Origin: Candidatus Woesearchaeota archaeon
GTDB lineage: Archaea; Nanobdellota; Nanobdellia; Pacearchaeales; GW2011-AR1
DNA length: 57,410 bases
Assembly: GCA_964490795.1 (NCBI GenBank)
Contig: CAZBDY010000004.1
Location: forward strand, 1 to 57,410
Direction of reading: 5' to 3'
Shown one piece after another: positions 1 through 9,809 of the stretch. Under the pieces are notes generated by a model, which was given only the letters and a program-made list of their open reading frames with translations, made no database searches and was not told where the DNA came from. Position 1 is the first letter of the stretch; each line of letters opens with the position of its first letter. Both the position numbers and the translations under genes were made by a program.

Positions 1-95
1 TTCTTTAGAATAACTAATTTTCGGTTTTGAAAAATCTATTCCGGACAAAGCCTTTCAATCAAAAACCTTATTAACTTATTTTTTCTTTTATAATT

Positions 96-1307
96 ATGAT
101 AAGAGATGAAAAAATAAGAGGTTATGCCTTGAAAAATGCTATCCAGTATGATGGAAAAGCCAAAGTAGAATCAGTTTTATCTGGATTGTTTCATGAAGGT
201 TTGAAAAAATCAGAAGTTGGAAAAGTTATTGATGATGTGAAAATGGTTGTTTCTGAAGTAAATAAATTATCTAGAGAGGAGCAGAAAAAACAATATGAAT
301 TATATAAAGTTCAGGTAGATGAGAGAGATGAGAGAGAAGGATTGCCAGAATTACCTTTAACAAAAGAGCAGAAAAAAAAGGGAGTAAGAATGAGATTTGC
401 ACCTTCTGCTTCAGGTCCTCTTCATATAGGACATGTAATAACAGCTATGCCTTCTTCTTTATATGTAAGAAAATATAAAGGAAAATTTTATATTAGGATT
501 GAAGATACTAATCCAGAAAATATTTTACCTGAGGCATATGATTTAATAAAACAAGATTGTGATTGGCTTTTTGATAAATTTGTTTTTCAAATTCAGTCAG
601 ACAGAATGAAATATTATTATCAGTATGCTGAAAAATTAATAAAAAAAGATAAAGCATATGTTTGTGTTTGTAGTCAAAAGAAAATTCAAAAATTAAGAAA
701 AAAAGGTATTGAATGTTCTTGTCGTCAGTTTCCAGTAAAAGAACATTTAGAAAGATGGAAAAAGATGTTAGGGCATAAAAATCTTAAAAAAAGAGGATAT
801 AAACAAGGAAAAGCATTATTAAGATTTAAAGGAGATATGCAAGATAAAAATCCTGCCTTAAGAGATTTTCCTTTAGCAAGAATAAAAGAAACAGAGCATC
901 CAAGGCAAGGAAAAAAGTATAGGGTATGGCCTTTAATGGATTTAGCTGTTTCAGTTGATGATATAAAAGAAAAAATGACTCATATTATTAGAGGAAAAGA
1001 CCATAGAGATAATGCAAAAAGACAGGAAATGATTTTTCAGGTTTTCAAAAAAAAATATCCTTATACAAGATTTATTGGAAGATTACATTTTAAAGATTTA
1101 GAATTATCAACAAGCAAGATGAGAGAGGGAATTAAAAAAAAGAAATATAAGGGGTGGGATGATGAAAAATTATTAACAGTAAGAAGTTTAAAAAAACAAG
1201 GATATTCTCCTAAAGTTTTTGAATCTTTAGTTGAGCAAAGAGGTTTATCAGAAGTGGATAAAGTTATGAATAAAAAAGATTTTTTTCAGTTATTAAAAAA
1301 TATTTAA
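96..1307 (+). CDS. gltX: Glutamyl-tRNA synthetase, archaeal type; catalytic core only, no anticodon-binding domain
   Basis: Class I HIGH motif in 'RFAPSASGPLHIGH' and KMSKS-like 'LSTSKM'. N-terminal 'YALKNAIQYDGKA' and 'RIEDTNPEN' blocks resemble archaeal GluRS as I remember it. Only 403 aa versus about 550 expected. Confidence 0.8.
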   Translation: MIRDEKIRGYALKNAIQYDGKAKVESVLSGLFHEGLKKSEVGKVIDDVKMVVSEVNKLSREEQKKQYELYKVQVDERDEREGLPELPLTKEQKKKGVRMRFAPSASGPLHIGHVITAMPSSLYVRKYKGKFYIRIEDTNPENILPEAYDLIKQDCDWLFDKFVFQIQSDRMKYYYQYAEKLIKKDKAYVCVCSQKKIQKLRKKGIECSCRQFPVKEHLERWKKMLGHKNLKKRGYKQGKALLRFKGDMQDKNPALRDFPLARIKETEHPRQGKKYRVWPLMDLAVSVDDIKEKMTHIIRGKDHRDNAKRQEMIFQVFKKKYPYTRFIGRLHFKDLELSTSKMREGIKKKKYKGWDDEKLLTVRSLKKQGYSPKVFESLVEQRGLSEVDKVMNKKDFFQLLKNI

Positions 1308-1360
1308 TAGTTAAATTTATATAACTCTTATCTTTAGTATAATTAAGAAAAGGAGGTAAA

Positions 1361-1762
1361 ATGTATAGTAAAAAAGGTATTTCAGCTGTTGTAGTAACAA
1401 TAATGATTGTGTTAGTTGCAATTGTTGCAGTAGCTATTTTCTGGGCAGCTTTAAGAGGACAGGTAGAAGGTGGAAGTGAAAGTATAGATATACAGGGACA
1501 GTGTATAAGTCTGGATTTACAAATTTCAGAAATTGATTCTAATGCAAATACAGTAACTGTTGAAAGAAAACCAGGAAAAGCAGATGGTTTTTCTGGAATA
1601 AAAGTTGTTGTTGATGGAACTTCAGAAGATTGTGAAGAAACTCCAGGAGAGTTAGAAAATGTTGATTGCAGTGTTGAAGTTGAAGAAGATAATGAAGTAG
1701 AAATTTATGGAGTTATTGGAGATACAATTTGTAGTTCACCAGCTGATTCAAAAATAGCATAA
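1361..1762 (+). CDS. Archaeal type IV pilin-like protein (class III signal peptide)
   Basis: N-terminus 'MYSKKG|ISAVVVTIMIVLVAIVAVAIF' is a short basic leader, Gly, then a hydrophobic helix. Strong SD 'aaggaggtaaaATG'. Confidence 0.6.
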   Translation: MYSKKGISAVVVTIMIVLVAIVAVAIFWAALRGQVEGGSESIDIQGQCISLDLQISEIDSNANTVTVERKPGKADGFSGIKVVVDGTSEDCEETPGELENVDCSVEVEEDNEVEIYGVIGDTICSSPADSKIA

Positions 1763-1784
1763 ATTTATTTTTCTTTTTTTTATT

Positions 1785-3221
1785 TTATTTCAAATATTTA
1801 CACATATAGTTTTTTTCTAGTTGATAACCTAATTTTCTATAATATTCTCTTACACCAACCCCAGAAATTACAGCTATTTTTTCAAGATTATATTTCTTTT
1901 TTTGTTTTTTAATAATTTTTTCAGCTTCTTTCATTAACCATTTTCCTAAACCTGTATGTTGTAAACTTGTTTTTGATTTTTTACCTATATCTAAAGATTT
2001 TCCATAAATATGTAGTTCTCTGATTATGGCAGAATTTTTCAATTCAGAAATAAATATTTGTTTTTGATTAGGAAATCTTAACCTTAATAACCCAAATAAA
2101 ATATCTTGCTTGTTTGTTATTTGTAAAAATATTTCTTTTCCTTTTCCTGCCTTATATTCTGTTTTTTTTATTTTTAATTCTGTATTTATTTTTTCTTTAG
2201 TTTTTGTTGTTTTTATTCTGTTTAAATTAAATCCAATTTCTCTAAATCTTATCTCTTTTATCTTATTTTTCCCTTTTCTTAACTGTTTTTCTACTTCTGC
2301 TCTTAAATCAATTCTTTTAATTCCTGAAGTTAGATATGGGGGGGGGATTTCTCTCATAATTCTCATAACTCTACAATACTCAGGAACTTTTTTCATTATT
2401 TTAATTAAAAGAGATTTAGTTTGTTTTGTAGAATATGGTTTAAATTTTCCTTTTTGGTATACTTTTTCTAATTCAGAGTTTTTTAATACCTGGCAAGGAT
2501 AAACTTTTAATTGGTCTGGTTTAAAATCTTGAGATGAAAATATTTTATCTATCATTTGTAAATCTTTTTTTTGATTGCTTCCTGGTAAACCAGGCATAAT
2601 ATGATACCCAATTTTAAATCCAGAATTTCTTAATAATTCAGTTGATTCAATTACATCTTTTACATTATGTCCTCTGTTAATTTTTTTGTAAATTTTATTA
2701 TCTATAGCCTGAACTCCTAACTCGACTCTTGTTGCTCCAAATTTTAATATTCTTTTAATCTCTTTTTTTCCACATTTATCTGGACGGGTCTCTATACATA
2801 AAGCAACACATCTGTTTTTAGATTTTTCATTTAATCTTTTTGATTCTTCTAAATTTTTGCTTTTTTTGTTATTTAAAGCATCATAACATTGTTTAATAAA
2901 CCAGGATTGATATTTTTTTGGATATTCTAAAAATGTTCCCCCCATAATAATTAATTCTATTTTATCAGTTGGGTGATTCATTAATTTATATGCTTTAAGT
3001 CGAGCCTTAACTTGTTTTAATGGAGAATAATTTAACATTTTAGCTCTTATTACTGGAGGAGATAAAGGAGTATAAGATTGAGGAACATTTAGTTGAGGAC
3101 AGTAAATGCATGTTCCATGTTCACATTTTTTTGGTTTTAACATTACAGCTAGAGGTGTTACCCCAGCCAGTGTTTTACTTGGTTTTCTAATTTCTCCTAA
3201 CTTGATATTTGGAAGTTTCAT
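1785..3221 (-). CDS. elp3: Elp3-family radical SAM/GNAT tRNA uridine-34 modification enzyme
   Basis: Radical-SAM-type Cys cluster 'CEHGTCIYCP', TIM-barrel-like core, and a C-terminal GNAT-like segment 'ISGVGVREYYRKLGY'. Length is typical for archaeal Elp3. Confidence 0.8.
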   Translation of the reverse strand: MKLPNIKLGEIRKPSKTLAGVTPLAVMLKPKKCEHGTCIYCPQLNVPQSYTPLSPPVIRAKMLNYSPLKQVKARLKAYKLMNHPTDKIELIIMGGTFLEYPKKYQSWFIKQCYDALNNKKSKNLEESKRLNEKSKNRCVALCIETRPDKCGKKEIKRILKFGATRVELGVQAIDNKIYKKINRGHNVKDVIESTELLRNSGFKIGYHIMPGLPGSNQKKDLQMIDKIFSSQDFKPDQLKVYPCQVLKNSELEKVYQKGKFKPYSTKQTKSLLIKIMKKVPEYCRVMRIMREIPPPYLTSGIKRIDLRAEVEKQLRKGKNKIKEIRFREIGFNLNRIKTTKTKEKINTELKIKKTEYKAGKGKEIFLQITNKQDILFGLLRLRFPNQKQIFISELKNSAIIRELHIYGKSLDIGKKSKTSLQHTGLGKWLMKEAEKIIKKQKKKYNLEKIAVISGVGVREYYRKLGYQLEKNYMCKYLK

Positions 3222-3292
3222 ATTTTCTTATGATTTTTTATTATATATTACAGGAAAATAATACTTTTAAATGTGTTTTGTTTTTTTAAGTT

Positions 3293-3541
3293 ATGAATTC
3301 AGTTGAAATATTAAATGTTCCAAGAGGAATGTATAGGGTTTTTGGAAGAGATAATTTTGATAAATCTTTTTTTATAGTTGATGATTATGAAAATCTTCCA
3401 TCAGCAATTGCAGTTGCAAGAGCTCAATTAAAACATGAGAGGAAAATTCATGCTGGTTTAAATGAGGTAACTGCTAGTTTTTATGTTGCAGATGATAAAA
3501 AAAGAATAAAATTCCCCGAAATCAGAGATATTTTAAAATGA
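3293..3541 (+). CDS. Hypothetical protein (82 aa)
   Basis: Intact ORF whose stop overlaps the next start (ATGA), so it is probably co-transcribed. No motif recognised. Confidence 0.4.
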   Translation: MNSVEILNVPRGMYRVFGRDNFDKSFFIVDDYENLPSAIAVARAQLKHERKIHAGLNEVTASFYVADDKKRIKFPEIRDILK

Positions 3542-4833
3542 AAAGCAAAATAGGAATAATAGGGGGAAGTGGATTAGATAATCCAGATTTATTACAAGAT
3601 TATAAAGAGGTGGAAATAGAAACACCATTTGGGAAGCCATCAGATAAAATAACAACAGGCAAAATTAATGATGTAGAGGTTTTTATTTTAGCAAGACATG
3701 GAAAAAAACATCAGTATAGTCCTTCTGGAATTAATTATAAAGCAAATATCTATGCTTTAGCAAAATTAGGATGCAAATACATAATCGCAACTTCAGCAGT
3801 AGGAAGTTTAAGAGAGGATATAAAACCAGGAGATTTTGTGATTCCTAATCAATTGATTGATTTTACTAAACAAAGAAAAAATACTTTTTATGATTCATTT
3901 GAAAAAGAGATAAAACATGAAAGTTTAGCTGAACCTTTTTCTTCTGAATTAAGAGAAAAGTTAATTGAAAATTGTCTTGAACTAAATTTTGGGGTTCATA
4001 AAAAAGCCACATTAATTACAATACAAGGACCAAGATTTTCAACAAAAGCTGAATCTAATTTATTTAGGCAGTGGAATTGCGATATTATTGGCATGACAAC
4101 AGCAACAGAGGCCTCGCTTGCCAGAGAAGCTGGTTTAGAATATGCTTGTGTTTCGATGTCAACTGATTATGATTGCTGGAAGCAGGGAGAAGAAGATGTT
4201 AGTATGGAGATGGTATTAAAAACAATGGAACAAAATGCAGAAAAAGTTAAGAAATTAATTTTAAAAACAATTGAAAAATTTTCATTAAAAGAAAAGGTTC
4301 AAAAAGATATTTTAGAGATTAAAGAGAGTATAAGAACAATTCCTGATTTTCCAAAACCAGGAATACAGTTTAGAGATATTACTACTTTAATGAAAGATCC
4401 ACAAGCATTTAAAAAAACAGTTGAAATTTTATATAATAGATATAAAGAAAGAGAGATAGATGTTGTGGCCGGGATAGAGTCAAGAGGGTTTATATTTGGA
4501 GCAATACTAGCTGAAAAATTAAATTCAAGATTTATTCCTGTAAGAAAACCTGGGAAACTTCCTAGTGAGATAGAAAGACAGGAGTATGAATTAGAATATG
4601 GAAGTGATGCTGTTGAAATTCATAAAGATGCTATTCAAAAAGGAGATAAAGTTTTGATTATAGATGATTTAATTGCTACAGGAGGAACAGCAAGAGCAAC
4701 ATGTGATTTAATTGAAAAATTAGGTGGCAAAATTGAAGAGTGTGGTTTTGTTATTGAATTGCCTGAATTAAAGGGCAGAGAAAAATTAAACAAGTGGAAT
4801 GTTTTTTCTATAGTTAAGTTTGAAGGAGAATAA
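3538..4833 (+). CDS. Fusion protein: S-methyl-5'-thioadenosine phosphorylase (N-terminal) + adenine phosphoribosyltransferase (C-terminal)
   Basis: N-terminal 'IGIIGGSGL', 'ARHG', 'GPRFSTKAES' and 'IIGMTTATEA' indicate MTAP/PNP. C-terminal 'IPDFPKPGIQFRDIT', 'GIESRGF' and PRPP loop 'VLIIDDLIATGGTA' indicate APRT. Junction near nt 4285. Confidence 0.85.
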   Translation: MKSKIGIIGGSGLDNPDLLQDYKEVEIETPFGKPSDKITTGKINDVEVFILARHGKKHQYSPSGINYKANIYALAKLGCKYIIATSAVGSLREDIKPGDFVIPNQLIDFTKQRKNTFYDSFEKEIKHESLAEPFSSELREKLIENCLELNFGVHKKATLITIQGPRFSTKAESNLFRQWNCDIIGMTTATEASLAREAGLEYACVSMSTDYDCWKQGEEDVSMEMVLKTMEQNAEKVKKLILKTIEKFSLKEKVQKDILEIKESIRTIPDFPKPGIQFRDITTLMKDPQAFKKTVEILYNRYKEREIDVVAGIESRGFIFGAILAEKLNSRFIPVRKPGKLPSEIERQEYELEYGSDAVEIHKDAIQKGDKVLIIDDLIATGGTARATCDLIEKLGGKIEECGFVIELPELKGREKLNKWNVFSIVKFEGE

Positions 4834-5775
4834 TTAAATAAGTTTCATAATTTCTCTTGCTGTTTTTTCTAAATCATGTCTGGCTATTTTTTTGTTATCT
4901 GAAGAATATTCAGTTAATAAATCTGATTTTATAACTCTTTTATCATCTAAATCAGGAACAACAAAATAACTTTCTTCTTGTTTATATTTATCAACTATTT
5001 TTTTAGTTGGTTGTTTATTATTTAAAATAATATAATCAATTTTTTTCTGGCAGTATTTTTCAATTTCTTTTACAAAATCAGATGCTTTAAAATTGTGGCT
5101 TCCTTGTTTTGTTACTAAATTGCATACATAAGCTATTTTTCCTTTTGATTGTTTTAGTGCTTCCTTAACTCCTTTTACAAGAAAATTAGGAATAACACTT
5201 CCATATAAATCTCCAGGACATATTATAATTAAGTCTGCATTTCTAATTTGTTCAGCTGCTTGTTTATAAATATAAGACTCTGGATTTAACCAGATATTTT
5301 TTATTTCATCTTGTTTATCTGGATAACTAACTTCTATCTGCCCATTTAAAATTTTTCCAGAGTCTGTTTTTGCGATTAATTCAGAGGAGTTTAGAGTAAC
5401 AGGGAGGATTTTGCCTTTAATATTAAGGATTTTAGATGCTGCTTTAACTGCTTTTGCTGAATCTCCTTCAATACTAGTTAGAGCAGTTAAAATTAAATTT
5501 CCTAAACTATGTTTTGATAAGTTAGAATTTATTTCAGGAAACCTATATTCAAATAGATTTTTTAGTTCTTTTATTTCAGATTCGTCTGATAATGCAATTA
5601 AACAGTTTCTTAAATCTCCTGGTGCAAGTATTCCAAATTCAACTCTTAATCTTCCTGTACTACCCCCGTTATCAAACATAGAAACTATTGCTGTTAAATC
5701 AATATCATAATTTTTTAGTCCTCTTAAAAGAGTATATTGTCCTGTTCCTCCTCCAATAGTTACTATTTTTTTCAT
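4834..5775 (-). CDS. YvcK/CofD-like family protein (UPF0052)
   Basis: N-terminal 'IVTIGGGTGQYTLLRGLK' and 'NGGSTGRLR' signatures of the YvcK/CofD fold. Confidence 0.7.
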   Translation of the reverse strand: MKKIVTIGGGTGQYTLLRGLKNYDIDLTAIVSMFDNGGSTGRLRVEFGILAPGDLRNCLIALSDESEIKELKNLFEYRFPEINSNLSKHSLGNLILTALTSIEGDSAKAVKAASKILNIKGKILPVTLNSSELIAKTDSGKILNGQIEVSYPDKQDEIKNIWLNPESYIYKQAAEQIRNADLIIICPGDLYGSVIPNFLVKGVKEALKQSKGKIAYVCNLVTKQGSHNFKASDFVKEIEKYCQKKIDYIILNNKQPTKKIVDKYKQEESYFVVPDLDDKRVIKSDLLTEYSSDNKKIARHDLEKTAREIMKLI

Positions 5776-5825
5776 TATTTTAGATAAATAGAAGCATATA
5801 AAAATTTAATTATATTAGAAAGGAT

Positions 5826-6425
5826 ATGAAAGTTGTTAATCAAAAAAGAGCTTGGGATAATGTGGCAGAAGAGTGGTTTAAATTTAAAAATAAACCAAAA
5901 AAAGAAGTTATAGATTTTTTAAATAAACAAAAAGGAAGAGTTTTAGATTTAGGTTGTGGAAGTGGAAGAAATTTAATTAAAAACAAGGATATTGAATTTT
6001 ATTTAGTTGATTTTTCTAAAGAAATGGTGAATTTTGCTAAAAAAAATATTAAAAAACAAAAAGTCAATGTTAATACTTTTATTTGTGAAGCAGACAATCT
6101 TCCATTTAAAGATAATTTTTTTAATGCAGTTATTTGTATCTCTGTATTACATTGTATTTCTGGAAAAAAATCCAGAGAGAGAGTATTAAGAGAAATTTAT
6201 AGAGTTTTAAAACCAGGAAAAAAGATGTTTATTAGTGTGTGGAATAAAGATACTAAGAGATTTAAAAATTCCCCAAAACAGAGATATGTTAGATGGAGAG
6301 ATAAAGGAAAAAGATATTATTATCTTTATAATGAATCAGAATTAATTAAGTTATTAGAAGAAACTGGTTTTAAGATTATAAAAGTTAAATCAGGAGCAAA
6401 TATCAATATTATAGTTAAAAAATAA
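5826..6425 (+). CDS. Class I SAM-dependent methyltransferase
   Basis: Motif I 'VLDLGCGSGRN', plus 'LKPGKKMFISVW'. Confidence 0.8.
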   Translation: MKVVNQKRAWDNVAEEWFKFKNKPKKEVIDFLNKQKGRVLDLGCGSGRNLIKNKDIEFYLVDFSKEMVNFAKKNIKKQKVNVNTFICEADNLPFKDNFFNAVICISVLHCISGKKSRERVLREIYRVLKPGKKMFISVWNKDTKRFKNSPKQRYVRWRDKGKRYYYLYNESELIKLLEETGFKIIKVKSGANINIIVKK

Positions 6426-6938
6426 TTATTTTTTTCTTATTATGTCTCTTAATGAAAATTTTTCAAATTTTAAGACTGACTTATCTGAATCATCTATATG
6501 AATATTAATGATTTCCATTCCAGATAAAATTGCCTGGATATTCCATATTAAATCATTATTTAGCATTTGTAAGACAATAATCATTTTTTTAATATTTCCT
6601 GTTATCATCTTGTTTTTCATTTCATCTTCAACTATTTCTTTTAAAGCTTCTAAATCAGTTTTAGCTGTTTCTTTAATTTCCTTAATCTTGCTTTTTTTTA
6701 TTGCCTTTTCTGAAATTTTTTTAATTATTTTTTCCTGATTATTTTCATCTGTTGCAATATCAAAAGTAGCTATTTCTCCATCTTTAATAGAATAATCTAC
6801 TGCTTGTTTTTTATTATCTTTTGTTTCATAATCAAAAACAAAAAAGCCAGCACATAAATATGAATCTGGATTTTCTTGTTTAAACTTTTTAAACTCTTCT
6901 GATGATTCTACTTTTTGTTTATATTCTGAAAATTTCAT
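6426..6938 (-). CDS. Hypothetical acidic protein (170 aa)
   Basis: Intact ORF filling the gap between neighbours. No motif recognised. Confidence 0.45.
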   Translation of the reverse strand: MKFSEYKQKVESSEEFKKFKQENPDSYLCAGFFVFDYETKDNKKQAVDYSIKDGEIATFDIATDENNQEKIIKKISEKAIKKSKIKEIKETAKTDLEALKEIVEDEMKNKMITGNIKKMIIVLQMLNNDLIWNIQAILSGMEIINIHIDDSDKSVLKFEKFSLRDIIRKK

Positions 6939-7037
6939 TCTAATATTTGGGAAAATAAGTTTTTAAGGTTGTTGATTTTATTTTTTAATAAAATAGGGTA
7001 TAATAAGATTTATAAATAATAAGAAACTATTATAATT

Positions 7038-7205
7038 ATGAGAACAAAAAAATCACAGGTAGATCTACTAAATATTATTTTTGGGATTGTTGTGATTTCG
7101 GGAGGGATTGTGATAATGTTTAATAGAGTTAATTTGGGAAGTCTATTAGCTAGCATGGGTTTGGTTTTTGAATTAATTAAACTTGTTGTTCAAAAAGGAG
7201 CATAA
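7038..7205 (+). CDS. Small membrane protein (55 aa); not in the supplied ORF track
   Basis: Hand translation: MRTKKSQVDLLNIIFGIVVISGGIVIMFNRVNLGSLLASMGLVFELIKLVVQKGA. Two hydrophobic helices. TATA-like 'tttataaa' starts 29 nt upstream of the ATG. Confidence 0.4.
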   Translation: MRTKKSQVDLLNIIFGIVVISGGIVIMFNRVNLGSLLASMGLVFELIKLVVQKGA

Positions 7206-7207
7206 AA

Positions 7208-7348
7208 ATGAATGAAAATATCGTTGTTGGAGCTACAATAGTTGTAATAAATTTATTGCCAATTTTATTTAGAAAATATAAATTATTGATAGTTAGTGGA
7301 GCGATTTCTGTTTTATTAGGATTGTTATTAATGTCAGGTATAGTTTAA
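7208..7348 (+). CDS. Small membrane protein (46 aa); not in the supplied ORF track
   Basis: Hand translation: MNENIVVGATIVVINLLPILFRKYKLLIVSGAISVLLGLLLMSGIV. Starts 2 nt after the previous stop. Confidence 0.4.
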   Translation: MNENIVVGATIVVINLLPILFRKYKLLIVSGAISVLLGLLLMSGIV

Positions 7349-7350
7349 TT

Positions 7351-9063
7351 TTATTGTCTATTCTTAATTTCTTTCTTTAATTCAAAAATAAAATCTTCTT
7401 CTCTTTCTTGTTGAATTTTTTTACTATTTCTTTTTCTTACTGCTATTTTTCCTGATTTTTCTTCTTTATCCCCAATTACAATAATGTAAGGAATGTGTTG
7501 AATTTCAGATTCTCTTACCTTGTTATTTACAGTTTCATTTCTGAAATCTGCATCTAACCTTAACTCAGGAAAAGATTCTCCTGCTTTTTTAATAAATCTT
7601 TCACAAGCTTTTTTGTTCCTATCTGTAAAATTAATTACTCTAACTTGTATTGGAGAAAGCCAGGTAGGAAGATTTCCATTTGTAGATTCTAGTAAAACTC
7701 CTAAAAATCTCTCTATACTTCCGTATATTACTCTATGTAACATTACTGGTTGTCTTTTTTTATTTTTTTCATCAGTATATTCTAACTCAAATCTTTGTGG
7801 AGTTGCAAAATCCAGCTGAATAGTTGAAAGTTGCCATGTTCTTTTTTGAGAATCAATAGCATGAAAATCTATTTTAGGACCATAAAATGCACCATCTCCT
7901 TTATTAATTTTGTATTTTATTTTTCTTTTTTTCAAAACATTTTCTAAGGCTTTTTCTGCCTTGTCCCATTGTTTATTTGTTCCAATTCTTTTTTCTGGTC
8001 TTGTACTTAGTTCAACATGATGAAAATCCAGTTTAAAGGTTTTATAAAAATCATTTATCATATTAATTATAAAACTAATTTCAGATTCTAACTGAGATTC
8101 TGTACAAAAAATATGTGCATCATCTTGTGTGAATTGAACTACTCTAAACAACCCTCCTAAAACTCCTGATAACTCTTGCCTATGAACAATTCCAAGTTCA
8201 CCAACTCTTAATGGCAACTCTTTATATGATTTTGGCGTTTCCTTAAAAACTAACATCCCTCCTGGACAATTCATTGGTTTAACTAAAAATTTCCTAGACT
8301 CATATTCAGTTACAAAATTATATTCTGAAAATTTATCCCAGTGCCCTGAAACCTGCCAAAGTTTTTTATCCATTATTTGGGGTGTTAAAATTTCTTTATA
8401 GCCGGCCTTTTTATGTTTTTGTCTCCAAAAATCAATTAACTGGTTTCTTATTATTAAACCATTATTATGCCAGAAAACCATTCCAGGAGCTACATCTGAA
8501 AAAGAAAACAAATCCATTTTTTTTCCTAAAATTCGGTGATCATTCTCTTTTAATTTTCTTGTATCAAGATGAGTTTTTGAAATTTCTTTTAATAACTTTT
8601 TCCTTTCATTTTCTTTCAAAATTTCATTTTCTCCTTTTTCTTTTTTTTCAGAAGAAAGTTCTCTAGATAATTCAGATAAAGGATGACCCTTACATTTTAA
8701 TTCAAATGATTTGTAATAACCAAAAGGAGCTTTTGTAACTTTATACTTTGTTTTTAATTTTTTTTCAGATTCTGATAAAACATATTCAGCTAAATCAGGG
8801 CTTCCCAAGTTAGATGAAAGGTGAGCATAGGGATATAACACAATATTTTTTATATTTAGCTGAGAAGCTATTTCTTTAATACTTTTTACATATTCAGAAA
8901 CTATAAATTTAGAATCTGATTTTTCAACAGCAGTTAAGATTACTAAAACTTCTTTAATCTCTTTTTCTTTTTTCTCACTTTCTTTTAAATCTGAGATTGA
9001 TTTTAATGCTTTTTTCCCAGGTTTAAATTTTATATAATCGCAATGCAAACTTAAAATTTTCAT
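7351..9063 (-). CDS. thrS: Threonyl-tRNA synthetase, archaeal type with N-terminal editing domain
   Basis: Archaeal editing-domain start 'MKILSLHCDYIKFKP'. Class II core 'HRQELSG', 'FTQDDAHIF' and 'GAFYGPKIDF'. C-terminal anticodon-binding region. Confidence 0.9.
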   Translation of the reverse strand: MKILSLHCDYIKFKPGKKALKSISDLKESEKKEKEIKEVLVILTAVEKSDSKFIVSEYVKSIKEIASQLNIKNIVLYPYAHLSSNLGSPDLAEYVLSESEKKLKTKYKVTKAPFGYYKSFELKCKGHPLSELSRELSSEKKEKGENEILKENERKKLLKEISKTHLDTRKLKENDHRILGKKMDLFSFSDVAPGMVFWHNNGLIIRNQLIDFWRQKHKKAGYKEILTPQIMDKKLWQVSGHWDKFSEYNFVTEYESRKFLVKPMNCPGGMLVFKETPKSYKELPLRVGELGIVHRQELSGVLGGLFRVVQFTQDDAHIFCTESQLESEISFIINMINDFYKTFKLDFHHVELSTRPEKRIGTNKQWDKAEKALENVLKKRKIKYKINKGDGAFYGPKIDFHAIDSQKRTWQLSTIQLDFATPQRFELEYTDEKNKKRQPVMLHRVIYGSIERFLGVLLESTNGNLPTWLSPIQVRVINFTDRNKKACERFIKKAGESFPELRLDADFRNETVNNKVRESEIQHIPYIIVIGDKEEKSGKIAVRKRNSKKIQQEREEDFIFELKKEIKNRQ

Positions 9064-9097
9064 AATTAAAATAGAAAAATATGATTTATAAAATTAT

Positions 9098-9283
9098 TCA
9101 TTCAACTATTTTTTCAAGTCCCAAAACCTTACTTAAATGTTCTAGTATTTCTCTTCCTAATTTTCTGTAAGTTGTTGCAGGAAGTTTTTTTAAATGTCTA
9201 AATATCTCTACATAATCATTTTCATCAACCATATGCACTTCTTGATTATAACAAAAATAGATTTTCATTTCTAAATAAAACAA
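9098..9283 (-). CDS. Hypothetical small protein; real start may be the internal Met (MVDEND...)
   Basis: ORF only. No motif recognised. Confidence 0.25.
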   Translation of the reverse strand: MFYLEMKIYFCYNQEVHMVDENDYVEIFRHLKKLPATTYRKLGREILEHLSKVLGLEKIVE

Positions 9284-9320
9284 TTAAATAAATAAAAAAG
9301 AATAAAAATAATAAATAAAT

Positions 9321-9746
9321 TTAAGCAACTTGTCCTTTTACAGTTCCAGTAGCTTTTTGGTTTACAGAACTGCCTGTGGTATTATAAGTTATTGTTAAGT
9401 CACCATTAAAATTATTTCCAGATGTTAAACTACAAGTTACAAAGAGAACTTGTGTTGAACCGTCAGCTATTTCTAAAACAGTTGAGTTTGAACCACAACT
9501 TGTAACATTAACATTAGAAACGGCAATTGATTCTCCGGCACCATTAATAACTTCCATGGTTACACCTTCTGTATCAATAGCAAGAGCATTTTGAACAAAA
9601 GGTGGAGTAACAGTCAGTCTATTTCCAATTAAATTGCTAGGGTCTCCAATAAGGTACCATAAAACACCTATAACAATTACTGCAGCTAAGATAGCCCATC
9701 CGTAAGTCATAAGGAACTCCATTGCTGCCTGTCCTTTTTTCCTCAT
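9321..9746 (-). CDS. Archaeal type IV pilin (class III signal peptide); candidate major pilin
   Basis: 'MRKKGQAA|MEFLMTYGWAILAAVIVIGVLWYL' is a typical archaeal prepilin N-terminus. Ser/Thr/Asn-rich beta-type C-terminus. Strong SD 'aaggaggtaaaATG'. Confidence 0.75.
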   Translation of the reverse strand: MRKKGQAAMEFLMTYGWAILAAVIVIGVLWYLIGDPSNLIGNRLTVTPPFVQNALAIDTEGVTMEVINGAGESIAVSNVNVTSCGSNSTVLEIADGSTQVLFVTCSLTSGNNFNGDLTITYNTTGSSVNQKATGTVKGQVA

Positions 9747-9809
9747 TTTACCTCCTTTTTTATTTAACTTAAATATATTAAATAATCAGCTTATTTAAAT
9801 CTAACGACA

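Noticed and set aside
2110-2502. 130-aa ORF antisense to elp3. The same class includes 5411-5710, 6508-6738, 7520-7819, 8382-8666, 11838-12068, 19287-19778, 20335-20685, 21277-21504 and 21283-21495.
   Set aside because: All lie wholly inside, and antisense to or out of frame with, well-supported genes. Their translations are low-complexity F/L/I/S-rich strings, typical of shadow ORFs in AT-rich DNA.
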